A DNA stretch of 63,674 bases, the filler included, from Reticulomyxa filosa (lineage: Eukaryota; Protista; Foraminifera): the NCBI GenBank assembly GCA_000512085.1. It is 21 parts of 21 records of this genome, joined end to end, with 100 filler letters (N's around TTAATTAATTAA, not from the genome) between each part and the next. Parts side by side here need not be neighbours in the genome. Positions count along the whole stretch, not along the records: positions 46,263 to 52,878 come from ASPP01019425.1; positions 52,979 to 53,978 come from ASPP01038061.1; positions 54,079 to 55,140 come from ASPP01019170.1; positions 55,241 to 57,604 come from ASPP01004223.1; positions 57,705 to 59,006 come from ASPP01013784.1; positions 59,107 to 62,466 come from ASPP01018817.1; positions 62,567 to 63,674 come from ASPP01033519.1; 14 more parts are not named here. One strand, written 5' to 3'. Every line of letters starts with the position of its first letter. Position 1 is the first letter of the stretch. The notes under the pieces were generated by a model, which worked only from the letters and a program-made list of their open reading frames with translations, was not told the DNA's origin and made no database searches. A program made the translations under genes and the position numbers. This document shows positions 51,735 through 63,674 of the stretch, one piece after another.

Positions 51735-52878
51735 TCAGCCTTCATATTGAGCAAGGAGCCGTTCCCGGTGTGTTTGCAAAGCGAGTAGACTGGGGATATG
51801 TGTATCAGAGCAATATTGGCAATTGAGGATGCTGATGATTAAGGAGACGCTTTTGGCTCGGATGGGTACGGATCGATGAACGTGCCTCCAAGGCATCGGA
51901 GGTAGCACGTGCAGATCGGACTTGTCAAAGGTGGAGGGATCGAACCCTTGCATCAACAGCGCATGTGCGTGGTCATACAAAGTTTGGAGTCCCTGAAGTT
52001 TGTAGCGCTCCACTTTCAAAGGATGGAGTCCCAGCAAGTATCGACTTAAGGAATGAGGAAAAGGTTTGGACGGATCGAGAAGGACAGGAGGATTGATATG
52101 CATAGGACAACGTTCCCTCCACACATGTTGCGAGTACTCTTGAGTATTCTCAGCCACCACGCCGACACTTCGGAGGCACGTCCCAAGCATGATATCTTCG
52201 GACACCCATTCGTTGCCTCGAACGCAAGTCAATTGCCTAGGAAAACCTCGGACCGGGAATGCGGTGGAATCGTACGTAAGATTGACGAGGGGGATCACTA
52301 ATCTCTCCAATGCTCCTTTGCTCAGGAACAGGTACCCTCCGCAATGATACACCAAGTTCAAGCTACGAGTAAAGTCATTGCCTCCAAGAGAATAGCCCAA
52401 ATAATGAGGGATCGCCGGGTTATAAAAAGATAAAAACTCGCGAATGTAAGGCACGAACAAATATGCATCCGCGTCCACTTTAATATACCAATCGCATACG
52501 TCCTCGTAATATCGATACATGTACAGATAGGCTCCGACCATTTTATCCCACGTCGGCATCGGCTTTTCGCTCTTTTTATTGTCATTATTTTTGTGTCTCC
52601 TTTCGTAATACACGTTTATATTCATCCACTCATCCAATGGCACAATCCAATACTCTTTCGGCACGTTCGCTAGTGGCGATACACGCACATCTATCTCCAC
52701 GTCCTTTGGGCTCCATTCCAACCACTCCACTTTGCCGGCTTGCACATGCTTCATACGTCGCTGCCACTCCATTTCTTTTATCTCTTTTGTATTCACACCT
52801 TCAGGGACGAATAATGTTGGCTTATCGATAACTGGAAAGCGCCATTCAAACGTACCTGCATGCATGTACGAAAGTGCA
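51735..52878 (-). CDS. GT31 glycosyltransferase (C1GALT1/Fringe-like), 5'-partial
   Basis: DWYIKVDADAY (DxD), HYLG, GGYLFLSKGAL and SEDIMLGTCLRSVGV. Confidence 0.85.
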
Positions 52879-55094
52879 NNNNNNNNNNNNNNNNNNNNNN
52901 NNNNNNNNNNNNNNNNNNNNNNTTAATTAATTAANNNNNNNNNNNNNNNNNNNNNNNNNNNNNNNNNNNNNNNNNNNNAAAAATTTTTTAAAAGATAGTA
53001 TTTGTACATTTCAGTTAAAAAATTTTCAAAATATGTTAGAAATTAATTTTAGCTAACTTAGATACTATAAATTGGGAAATTGCTTTTTCATATTTATCAC
53101 TTAAATAAACAGTAGTAAATTTACTTCATTTATCATAGTTTATGAAAGATTCATTTAGGAAAAAATAACTAAAAGAAGCTAAATTTTTCTTTTAAATTGT
53201 TAACAAATAGAAGCAAAAGAAAGCAGAGGTAATTGAAAAAAGCATGGCCAAGCACAGAAAAAACAAACGCAAACACACGAAGATTTCTACATGTGTTATC
53301 CTTATACACTTCGCTAACTCAGATTGAGGAACATTTTTGACAAAACGTTGATGCTTCAAATTATCAAAAAAAAAAGACAAAATCGATTATGTGACTTTCA
53401 AGGTTTCAATATATTTGTGGAAGATCATATATGGAGATTCTTTCAGGCACAACAATTATGTGAAATTTTTGTCACAATTAATCACTTGCCACAAATGAAT
53501 AGGAAGTACAGTTTTTCGAATTGAACCTTTAGATGACTATGCTCTTTGATGAAACTGTTACAAACTTTTAAAAGATTTGAGGGCAAATTGAGTGAGGAGC
53601 GATACATATCGGTACAAAAATCACATTACACACTAATAGCCAAAGCACAGAATCAATTTAAGTTTTTTACGTCAATTATAACGAACTTTTTTCGTTTCAC
53701 TATAATGGACAAAGAAAATGCAACAGTTAACAATTTGAGAGTGGGTTGCATATGAACATTCAAATTCAGATCTTTCAGATATTTGTGTTTTCAAATTTCA
53801 GTATTTATATTTTACAATGGATAAAATTTACAATTCAATCAAAGAAACATTGAGAACAACATAAATAACTAAATCTCTATCGGAAATTCAATGTGTTCAT
53901 TTTTATTAATCAAAAGTTGATGTTATCTTGCTTGTTATGCGGCACATTTAAATTTAACAGAACATGTTTTTTATTATGNNNNNNNNNNNNNNNNNNNNNN
54001 NNNNNNNNNNNNNNNNNNNNNNTTAATTAATTAANNNNNNNNNNNNNNNNNNNNNNNNNNNNNNNNNNNNNNNNNNNNGCAAAGTAAGCAATCTAGTTCT
54101 GAAGAGTTGAAAATGACGCACAAAAAAATATAAAAAAAAAGAGCGAATTACAACACAATGCAATCTGTTTTCCCTTTGTGTTTCGCTTTTCTAATCTATC
54201 GGCAAAAACAAAATGAGCTCAAAAAATTCCTATTATCATGAATACTTGAGACAGTCATCTGATAATGTTAATATCCGGTTGCTTTTCGACAAACGTTTCA
54301 ATTTTTTCTTTGCCCGAATTGAAATCATGTTGTGTATGTGGAATCTATTTTTTAGAAAGAGCAGAACAAGCCATTATTGACGGACAGAGGGGCGTATTTA
54401 ACTTATTTAGAAGTTCAGCTTGAGCGAGTGTCTTCAGCATGCATGACAGTAACCGCATTCAAAGACAGATTACAAGAAATAGAGACCCACAATAGAGAAT
54501 TAGAAGAAAAAATACAAAATGTAAATTAGTGTAACAAGCAACAGAACACACTCCAAATCTAGACGTTTGATCTCTGAAGTGGAGTTGTTTTTGTTTTTTT
54601 TTGTGCTTTTTAACGAAAGGAAGTCAATTCAAAAAAGCAATAGAACATTTTGGCTTCTCTATGTATAGCTACAGCGCATGACAAAACTTATAACAACCAG
54701 CGTGGAGAGAATTGAACATGAGAATAATCAAAGATTTGGGCAAAATGATGTAAAGCTATCAAACGTGGAAAGGCTCGCAAAGAAATTAGAATCTGACTGT
54801 AAGCTGTTGGTATACAGACAAAAAAAAAAATAAATAAATAAAAAAATAAAGCAATTCTGGGAGGGGGGAAATAAAACGTGATAATGACAATATTACTTAT
54901 TAATATGTAGAGCCATGAGACTCCAAGACTTGACAACCAGGTGCAGTTGACAGTTCGGAGGGAGTTAATAGAAATGAGTAAAAAGTATAACGAAATTGAA
55001 ATTCGCACTAGCAACTTAATTGAAGAGAGATTGGGCGGTTATTCTACTGTGTGTCAAGCTTTGGTTAGGTTTTTGTTTCGTTTATACGTTCTCC

Positions 55095-55130
<36 letters not shown>

Positions 55131-55589
55131 GAAAAAAAAANNNNNNNNNNNNNNNNNNNNNNNNNNNNNNNNNNNNNNNNNNNNTTAATTAATTAANNNN
55201 NNNNNNNNNNNNNNNNNNNNNNNNNNNNNNNNNNNNNNNNTACCAAAGAACAGCTCAAATCAATGTCTCTTTCTGGTAAATTAATTCTCCAATTTTATTC
55301 CCAAAATCACCAAAATTTTTATTTATTTATTATTTTAAATTGTTTTAACTTCAAATATCACAATTTATGTTTCCATACACATGAACACTTTTGTTGCTTT
55401 GACGAACTTTTTTCTCCCCCTTCATGTTTGTTTTATGATAATCTTTCTTTTATCTTATACATTAAAGAAGCTGAGAGATTTGTACAAGGTACTAACGTTT
55501 TACTCAATTACATGCTTACCTTGCTGTTTATCCCGCTGATGTGGCCTGACAGCCTGCCAGCATCAGTGCTCTATCTCTCGTATGATGTG

Positions 55590-56116
55590 CTCTTGGTGCT
55601 CAATCTGGTACTTTTTCTGAAGACACTTTTGATGCACAAGTATCAAATCTTCAAAAACGGGAATTTCAATGGAGACACTCATTCTGACAACATCATGATC
55701 ATGTCCGATGGACGTCTCAGGTTTATTGATTACGGCCACTTCAAGTATATTTCCAATGAGGAATTCACTCACTTGGCTGAGAATTGATCATTGACCTGGC
55801 CGATCGCAACTCGGAAAGTGTTGTCGAAAAGGTCGATGAAATAGGATTTCGATCCCCAAATGCATGGACCAATTACTTCATCAAAGTCATGACCACAATT
55901 GGAGTTAGTCGCTTGAATAATGATATTTGGAAAGGCATGTCGACCATCGAGTTTTTCACTCTTTTTGAGAAGTCTAGACGAATATGTCAAAGAACAGTTT
56001 TTCTCTTGCGATGCTGTCTCGGCCTGAATAGACTTATTAAAGAACAGCATCAAATGACAATTGTGCTGAAACATGTGCGACGACGACAAGAGTGTTTGCA
56101 AGAGATTGGAATTGTA
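55590..56116 (+). pseudogene. ABC1/UbiB atypical kinase relic
   Basis: QIFKNGNFNGDTHSDNIMIMSDGRLRFIDYG is a decayed DPHPGN motif. Followed by frame breaks. Confidence 0.65.
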
Positions 56117-57742
56117 AAGTGTTTTTTTTTTTTTGTGGAGGGATTTCAATCTTGTTTATTTACCTACAAGTCAAGATGAAACAAATCAATTTTTTTAGAT
56201 GATAATCCCTTTTCTCACCAATCAAAAAAAATGAAATAAAGTGTAAAACGATTGCGATATACGCACAATACACAAATATATAGACAGATACATTTCTCCA
56301 TCTTTCATATGATCAAAATTATAATTGAGCACCTTTGCATGGCTGGCTGCTCCGAACATACTTGTTCTTGTTTGGAAATTATGTTTATTTAGTCTTTTTA
56401 AGTGAAAAGAATATTTTGATAGAAAAAGACAAACTTTTTCTGCATTAAAATATGATAAATAAAACAAAATAAATTGCATTTTCAATCAACTCTGCATAAT
56501 TTCACAAATACATTCATTTGCCTCCAAATTTTTTCTTATTTTTGTCTTAAAGTGGCTTTATTTCTCATTGAACGTCCTTCCATTTCAGTTTGCTCAGTAG
56601 AAGTGGAGGGGACAAACGGAGAAGAAAATATTGAGTGAGCTTGTTATTTAAGCGGCAACATGAAATCCTCGTTGGTGTTAGTGGCACTGCTTGTAATAAA
56701 TGCATTCGTTGTGGTGCTGAATTCGAGTAAGATAAATACAAGCGAGACGAACGGACAAACACACTTCAACCAGCACATCAATATAAACATAATAATAATG
56801 TCATGTTATACGTTACTCAATTACTCAGTCAGCTACATGTGGAAATTTGAACAATATCTAAAATTTTACAACAGCATGTCAAGGGCATCATCAGCGCAAA
56901 TTTCTAGCAAAGAGTAGATGCTATCAAAAAACAACATTATACGTATTCTCCAAAGCACTTTTGTTACTAATGCAAAGCAGTCCAAGAATAGTTTGCTCAC
57001 AAAAACATCGGTAATAAATAAGTTCCGATCCACTTCAAGTATACTACTGATGACACACAAATTGAAATTCAAATCAATATTCAGGTACATAACAGTGATG
57101 GAAAGACTAAATGAAAAAAAAAAATGTTCATGAGAAAAAAAAAAAGGAGATGTTTACGTATATCACAAGAAAGTAAGGGGGAGGATGTATTGTGTATATG
57201 ATGGATTTTATTTAGAAAGAATTTAAAAAAAATAAATAAATAACAGTGTATTGAGAAATAGCAAAGCGAGGTAATGATAAGCGCGCTACAATCGAATACA
57301 GATGGCACAGTCAGAAGCAAATATGGATTGGAGACTTTGTCTGTGATAAATTGTTCCTGGTACAACGTCGTTACAAAAAAGATTGCAACCAACAACATTA
57401 TATGGCAAATTTATTTTCAACGTCTCGCCGTCCAATCCAGGCGTCACAATCCAAAATTTCACAAAGTCCAACTTCACGTCCAAGCCATATTGTCAAAGCT
57501 CTTGTCCAATACTGCAATGTTAAGTTCTTTTTTTTTTAACTTCCGTTTTTCGTTTAAGAATAAGCAAACAAACAAAATTAGATTGTGAGACTATTTAGTG
57601 CCTTNNNNNNNNNNNNNNNNNNNNNNNNNNNNNNNNNNNNNNNNNNNNTTAATTAATTAANNNNNNNNNNNNNNNNNNNNNNNNNNNNNNNNNNNNNNNN
57701 NNNNGTTGGGGGGGGGGGGAGAAATTGTGGGATCAAACGCAA

Positions 57743-59006
57743 TCAATACATTTGGAAGCAATATATATGATGAAGAGAGCTACGAACACAAGATAGTAAC
57801 TTAACCAGCTCATTGAAGTCCTGCTCTATTTCGGCGACGTCTTCCAATTTTTGGAGGAGGCTCACCATAAAGTGCGTGGTGGTCGAGTGTCGGATTTTGG
57901 ATATCAAATTGAAATCACTTTGATAACAAAGCGTTTGCCCGATTACTTCCTGGACTTTATTGCGGAAATTGTTATTGCTCTCCCCTGCGTTTTCGTTCAG
58001 TCCAAACTTGCTTCTCACTGCCGTTTCTTGTGTGAACGTGATGAACCCTGTGTCCTGCAAACATACGAAATAATTGTTTTTTTTTTTTTTTTTATTCCAT
58101 GCATATATAATTATATGCATATACAGAGACAAAGATATAAATGTGTAAAAACTTTTGAGTCTTTATTTCCAAAGCCTTTGCGAAGATTTCGTGAGATGAA
58201 ACTGTGCACAAACTTTTTTTTGTATTGTTTTGTTAACACAAATATACACACATGCCACGTACAAAACAAACAAACAAACAAACAAAAAAAAAAAAAAAGG
58301 TGATAATGGATTGCAAAACTTGGTTGGTGGGATCAACTTGATCCTTTGCAAAGCAGGAAAGAATGCCTTTGGAAACATTCTTGGGGCGTCGGAGTAAAAC
58401 GTATACTTTCTTGACTTGATATCGAGAATGGATTGTTTTTGTCGCTTGTACTTGTTATAGTCTTGTTCTTCATTTGGACCTGTCATCAAATAGATGCACC
58501 TCCCGACCCGTCGACGGCCAGTACGACCCGATCGTTGAACATTGCGCAACACTGACTTTGGAATGTCGTAGTTCACAACCATGTCCACTTGTCCAATGTC
58601 TAACCCTTCTTCACCGACGTGAGTGGAGACTAAGACATTGCAATTGCCCTCTTTGAACTCTTTGATTACACGCTATCAAACAAAAAAAAAAAAAGAGGTA
58701 AATCGTGGACAATAAAGAATAATATGAATATAACAATTACGTAACTAATTGTTCTTTTTGAGACAATCCTTTTGAAGTCGATGAATTTTGTCCAACAAAT
58801 GCATACGGTCGAACTTTTCCGGGTTTTTTTTTAAAGTGGATACGATATCTTGCACTGATTCTCGAAAGCTGGTGAACACAATAACTCGCGTTTCTTCATG
58901 CTTGGCTTCAAATTCCGTGAAATGTTGTTCCAGCAGTTCGATTAACTTGGCCACTTTTGGATGCAGCTGACCCTGTTGGATACGCTGTTCTACATCTTCC
59001 ACCAAT
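57743..59006 (-). CDS. FANCM: FANCM/Mph1 helicase, internal fragment; one frameshift
   Basis: HPKVAKL..TRVIVFTSFRESV..FVGQ..KGLSQKEQ..NVLVSTHVGEEGLDIGQVD..QRSGRTGRRRVG..SDAPRMFP. Confidence 0.92.
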
Positions 59007-59136
59007 NNNNNNNNNNNNNNNNNNNNNNNNNNNNNNNNNNNNNNNNNNNNTTAATTAATTAANNNNNNNNNNNNNNNNNNNNNNNNNNNNNNNNNNNNNN
59101 NNNNNNAACAAAAAAGTTTCTAAAAAAAAAAAAAAA

Positions 59137-59768
59137 GTGGTCGATTGGCTGTATATTCGCCGAATTGCTTCAGATGCTAAAGAAAATTGTCGACAGTTTG
59201 AACAACGAAAACCACTGTTTTCATCGTATCGCGGAAATGACACGTTCACGCTTTCGGATCGCATTAGTCAATTGGATGTAATTTTTCGAGTGATTGGCAC
59301 GCCCTCTCCGGAAGAGATCGAAAGCAGTATGATTCTGAACGAAAACAACAAAAAGTATTTGCGCAATTTGTCGCCCAAATTCGAGCCAATCAATTGGAAG
59401 TCCAAGTTTCCTGACAATGATAATGAAGAAGCTTTATCCTTGCTTAATGGTAGTTGATCGAGTTGTTTTTTTAGAGATACATACAAACAAACAAACAAAC
59501 AAATTGGAAACACAAACAGCACTATTGCAATTTGATTGCGAAAAACGAATGACGGCACGAGAAGCACTTCAACATTCATACTTTCCAACCGGAAATCAAA
59601 GAAAGCATTGACTGGAAAGCGGTCCACGAATCGAACAGAAAAGAGCGAAAGGTTCGCTCACATATTTACAAGTCATTGCAAGAATTGGAATCGAATTGGG
59701 ACCAAGACACTAACACTGAGGCCAATTATCGTAATCGTATCGCCGATGAAATCCTTTTGTTTTCCTAA
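59137..59768 (+). CDS. MAP kinase-like protein, C-terminal exons
   Basis: SQLDVIFRVIGTPSPEEI..ALSLL / LLQFDCEKRMTAREALQHSYF. One extra base near 59585. Confidence 0.8.
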
Positions 59769-61200
59769 TTTTGTTCTTTTTCTTGATTTGTGTGTATCCC
59801 AACTGCATCTGCACTCCATGCAAAGATTAAATATAGAGCACAAACTTGGTCAGGTCAATATGACTCATTCAACGCCGAATTCTTTCATATATTGTTTGTA
59901 CAAACATTTTCTTTTTTTTCTTTCTCTTTTTTTTTTTTTTTTTTGATTGCCACATTTGTTGCTTGTGCCACTCTCGTTCATGGTTTTTTGTTGTTAACGT
60001 GTGGCACACACACAAATAATTAAAAAGAAATATATATTTATATATTGCCCAGTTGGGCAATGGATGTATATCGTCATTGTTTTTCATACTTTTTGTTTTA
60101 AATCACATGTTTTTCTTTTCTTTTTTCTCTCATAACTGATGCTGTGTTATATTCCTTTTGTTTACTAGATTGTTGTTTACTTTCACTAACTTTTTTTCAA
60201 TGTACTTTTTGATCTTTTTTTTTTTTTTGCTTTTTTTGTTTGAAGTTTCTAGTTTTGCAATGTCTTCACGAAGTTATCTTTCTTAAAACATTTTTTCGTT
60301 TTGTTTGTACGTTTTGATTGAAAACACATTAAAATAATATTCATTTTGAGACTGATCAACATGTTGATGTTTTATGAAATGTTGCCATCACAAAAAAATT
60401 CTCCTGAAGCATTTTTATTATACTAGTCACATAATTACCGAAACTTAAAGTACATTAAAATCCTGTTTTTTTGATTATGACATTTGAAATAAGCGGTTAT
60501 TTGTTTAAAGATCAGGATCAAATATCAAGTTGTTCACATTCATTTGACTATAACATATTTGAACATGTTGTCTCTCGTACGTTTTTACATTTATATAATC
60601 GCAATTTGATATTTTTGGACAAACAATTTCTCTGAGATTGATTTTTTTTTTAAAGAAAAAAGGAAGAAAGACACAAACTTTTATATTGAAGCTGGACATG
60701 ATCAGCTGGATATATAACCAAAGAGCATTGAAATTTTGAAGGTATTGAATTACTGTAACTTGTTGTCAAATTTCTTTCAAAAAGTCTTAAACACATTTGA
60801 TGTTTTTTATCTGTTAGTTAGTTTTTATTATTGTCATTGTCAAACAAAACACGAATAAACAAAATGTATGCAAATCGACATAAAAAACTCGACCAAGTTC
60901 TTTGTATAATGAAAAGTTTTTGGGCATTATGTTGTCGTATATTCTCATGTTAGAAATGTTGTTGCTGTTTATGAAGATGAATAAAACAAAGAAATGAAGA
61001 AGAAAGAAAACAATCGAAAACACAATATCATGTGCAATGAGTAAAGTCAAAGCAATCCTTACCAAAAAAATAGGTCGATAGGATACATGTTTGCATATCT
61101 TTTGTTATAGTGATGCTTTGTTTACATTTCAATTATCTTGTCTCTTTTTCTCCTCCCAATTTTTCTGATGTTACCAAATGAACAATGTTGCTTTTGAAGG

Positions 61201-61514
61201 TATGTTCAACATAGAAAGTTTGGAGTATCGCACTCCAATGAAAAAAATTACAATTACAAAGGTAATATACTGTAGGGAGTCTACAGTGAAGAGCTTCACT
61301 AAATGTAATACGAAATAGTGTTACTCTCAATGAGAGTGACTTTCAGTAAACAAAAGTAAATTAAAGAATAAATCAAAGACAAAAGAAGTAAGAGAAAAAA
61401 CAAGTAAGAGGTAGTTTTTGTTGAGGAGGTTTAACCCAAAGGGAGCTCCTCAGTTCCATAAGCGTTCAGCCATGTGTGATAAGGGCTTGCCCTACAATAC
61501 ATGTGCTAACCTAG
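61201..61514. other. Cluster of short inverted repeats; candidate structured element
   Basis: Seven 5-7 bp stems within ~310 nt (listed in findings). Confidence 0.45.
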
Positions 61515-62977
61515 TGATATATACTAATGATTTTGACTAAAACAAGCAATCAAGATAATAACACTTTATTTTCATGTAGTCCTCAGGAAAAAGAACGTGC
61601 TTTCCGGCCAGTATGGATTCACTTCACTTTGCCAATCACATTGTACAATGGATTTGAAATATTGTTGGAGGTCTTATCTCTCCTATCGTGCGAGAACACA
61701 TTTGAGAACGAGAAGAGACAATGGATGGCCGAAGAGGATGAAAAAAGCGAATTTAAAGAGATCAAAGCAAATATTTAATATAAATTTTGGTCTTTAAAAA
61801 CAACAAAAAAAAAAAATTGTAATTGCAATGGCATTAAAAAACAAATATATGGCGAATAAAAATTGCAATGATAATGTTTTCAAAAAATTAGGTGGTAGTT
61901 TTGGGATTAAGCAAATTCATCATTTGTTTATTCGTGATAGTCAAAAAGTACTTTTGATAGTCGAAGGATATCAATCTATTTCATTCCTTTTTTTAGTATT
62001 AATTGCTTGAAAAGCTATTTAAAATATGTGCTGCTTTCCTTTCATCAATAACAAAAAATTGGTGTCCCTCAAAAAAATTGCACGTCTTGCCCCAATGTTT
62101 TCATCAAGTATATTGAAATATGAATATCTGATCAGATTACTGAAACAACGGCCTCATATAGTCCAGAAAGCCAGTGTATATAAGGTTTGGCATTCAACGC
62201 GACGTTGTTCTTCGAAAGTTGGTGAAGAAAGCCGTCTGAGTGCAGATGAGTTTGTGCGAATAGCACGTCTACTTGACCCACAGAAAGACAAAGATGTATC
62301 GAGCCAACTGCTCCCTAAAAACGGCAATGGCAACGCAAATAATTGGTATGACATCACACCAACAGTTGCCTCAAAGGTAAGGTATCACCAATGGCTTATG
62401 AGAACAACCATCGTAATCGGAAAAGTGGAATCACACCAGTTGAGATTACGATGGTAAAAAAAAAAANNNNNNNNNNNNNNNNNNNNNNNNNNNNNNNNNN
62501 NNNNNNNNNNTTAATTAATTAANNNNNNNNNNNNNNNNNNNNNNNNNNNNNNNNNNNNNNNNNNNNTTTTAGATTGTCAGATACTGTGGCAAAGATTAAA
62601 AAGTTTGTCGATGTACTTTAGTTGCAAAACTGAACGAGAACTCAAAGATATTTGGCAAGGTTTTGAAGGTCCCTTCCGACCTAAAAGTATTTCGATCTGA
62701 ATTAATCTGTTCAACGAAAAGTACCATCCACGAACGAGCAACAGGATCGGCGTGGAAGAAGATTTTGGAAGAAAAAAGAGAAGGAGGAATTGAGTAAAAT
62801 TATTGAAAAATCTCAAGTGAATCATCGTGTTGAAATATAGCTGCAAGACGAACAGGTTTATTTTAATAATCATTTATGATTTTGTTTATTCAAATGAATA
62901 AATAACAAAAAAAAAATATGTACACATATAATACCTTTAATACGTATACATATGTATGTGTATATGTATATGTGAAA

Positions 62978-63620
62978 GGAACGGTTCGATTTGTTTCACA
63001 AAATGGAATCAATGGCATTGGTGTGTTGAATGACTTTTCAACCAATGCCACGGACGATATAGTCAAATGGCCGGCAACGACTCGAGTGAGCGGATCCCCT
63101 TATTGGAGCGAGAGTTGAACACACGGAATCCCAATGCCAACGACGGAGCATTCAATAGACAAACCAAAATAGGCAGGGAACTTGTTCACTCGACGACAGT
63201 CAGTGTTGCAAGTGCTGTCGTCCAAATTGGACGCAGAGTCATTGTTCAAAGAAGAATAAGAAGGATGAAGAAGAGGATGATGAAGAGGGGAAGAATCTCA
63301 CGTTTTGTTGCATTCGGGAGAAGAAGGGATTACTCAGCAAACTGGTAAGTAAATTCTTATTGTGACATTGATCGGAAGTACCAGCAACTTCACCAAAGAA
63401 AGAGAAAAAACTCAAACCAATCAAACTGGCCGACGTGAAGCAAAATTTGGGCAAATATCAAACACCATTGCAACAGGAATTGCTGAAACATCTAAAAGTC
63501 GACGATCATGTGAGATTGATGCAAGGACGGATTGGTAAGATAAAGTATATTGACCCTGTGAGCGACGAGTCCTGAAATGATTGGTATCGAAATGGATTCA
63601 TGGTCTTTTTACCGCCACTG
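62978..63620 (+). pseudogene. CAP-Gly domain protein relic
   Basis: GTVRFV..GIGV and LKVDDHVRL..GRIGKIKYI..IGIEMDSW are present, with stops and frameshifts. Confidence 0.6.
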
Positions 63621-63674
63621 ACAATCGCACATATTTTGCAAAGCTCTCTGAAACTGTCGAAATCATTAAGAATA

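Noticed and set aside
52979-55140. Short ORFs in two ~1-kb contigs
   Set aside because: AT-rich with no motif. There are only stop-riddled coiled-coil-like remnants, not enough to call a feature.
61420-61455. Hammerhead- or HDV-like ribozyme on the minus strand (CTGAGGA...AAAC; ACCTCCTC)
   Set aside because: The GAAA core reads TAAA, no stem III/NUH partner is present, and the HDV P3 complement is absent.

Overview
The window is not one locus. It is 21 contigs or contig pieces joined by an artificial 100-nt spacer (44 N + TTAATTAATTAA + 44 N), so gene neighbourhood across spacers means nothing. Twenty pieces are AT-rich, intron-rich protist nuclear DNA using the standard genetic code. The expanded WD40 family with a 'W..LGWI..F..IV.KY' leader, the microsatellite-filled introns and the many decayed genes suggest a foraminiferan such as Reticulomyxa (inference, no database search). 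Recognisable genes: three WD40 paralogues, a LIM protein, PDS5, AP-3 sigma, a BIG/Sec7 ArfGEF, a CCCH zinc-finger protein, a PPR protein, two MAPK ends, eIF3i, a GT31 glycosyltransferase and FANCM. Decayed copies: RNF213-like AAA+, prolyl oligopeptidase, ABC1 kinase and CAP-Gly. One contig (16933-18039) is gammaproteobacterial: ruvB plus a convergent, promoter-to-terminator bounded, GcvB-like sRNA candidate. The most notable observations are: (1) introns with mostly GTT donors, often A-rich acceptors without a polypyrimidine tract, and interiors that fold into long hairpins, suggesting structure-defined splicing; (2) a Hop/Sti1 TPR2A-like chaperone-clamp domain embedded in the Sec7 ArfGEF and hidden by a 1-nt frameshift; (3) the sRNA candidate; (4) an unexplained cluster of short hairpins at 61201-61514. 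Exon boundaries were inferred by hand from reading frames and homology.
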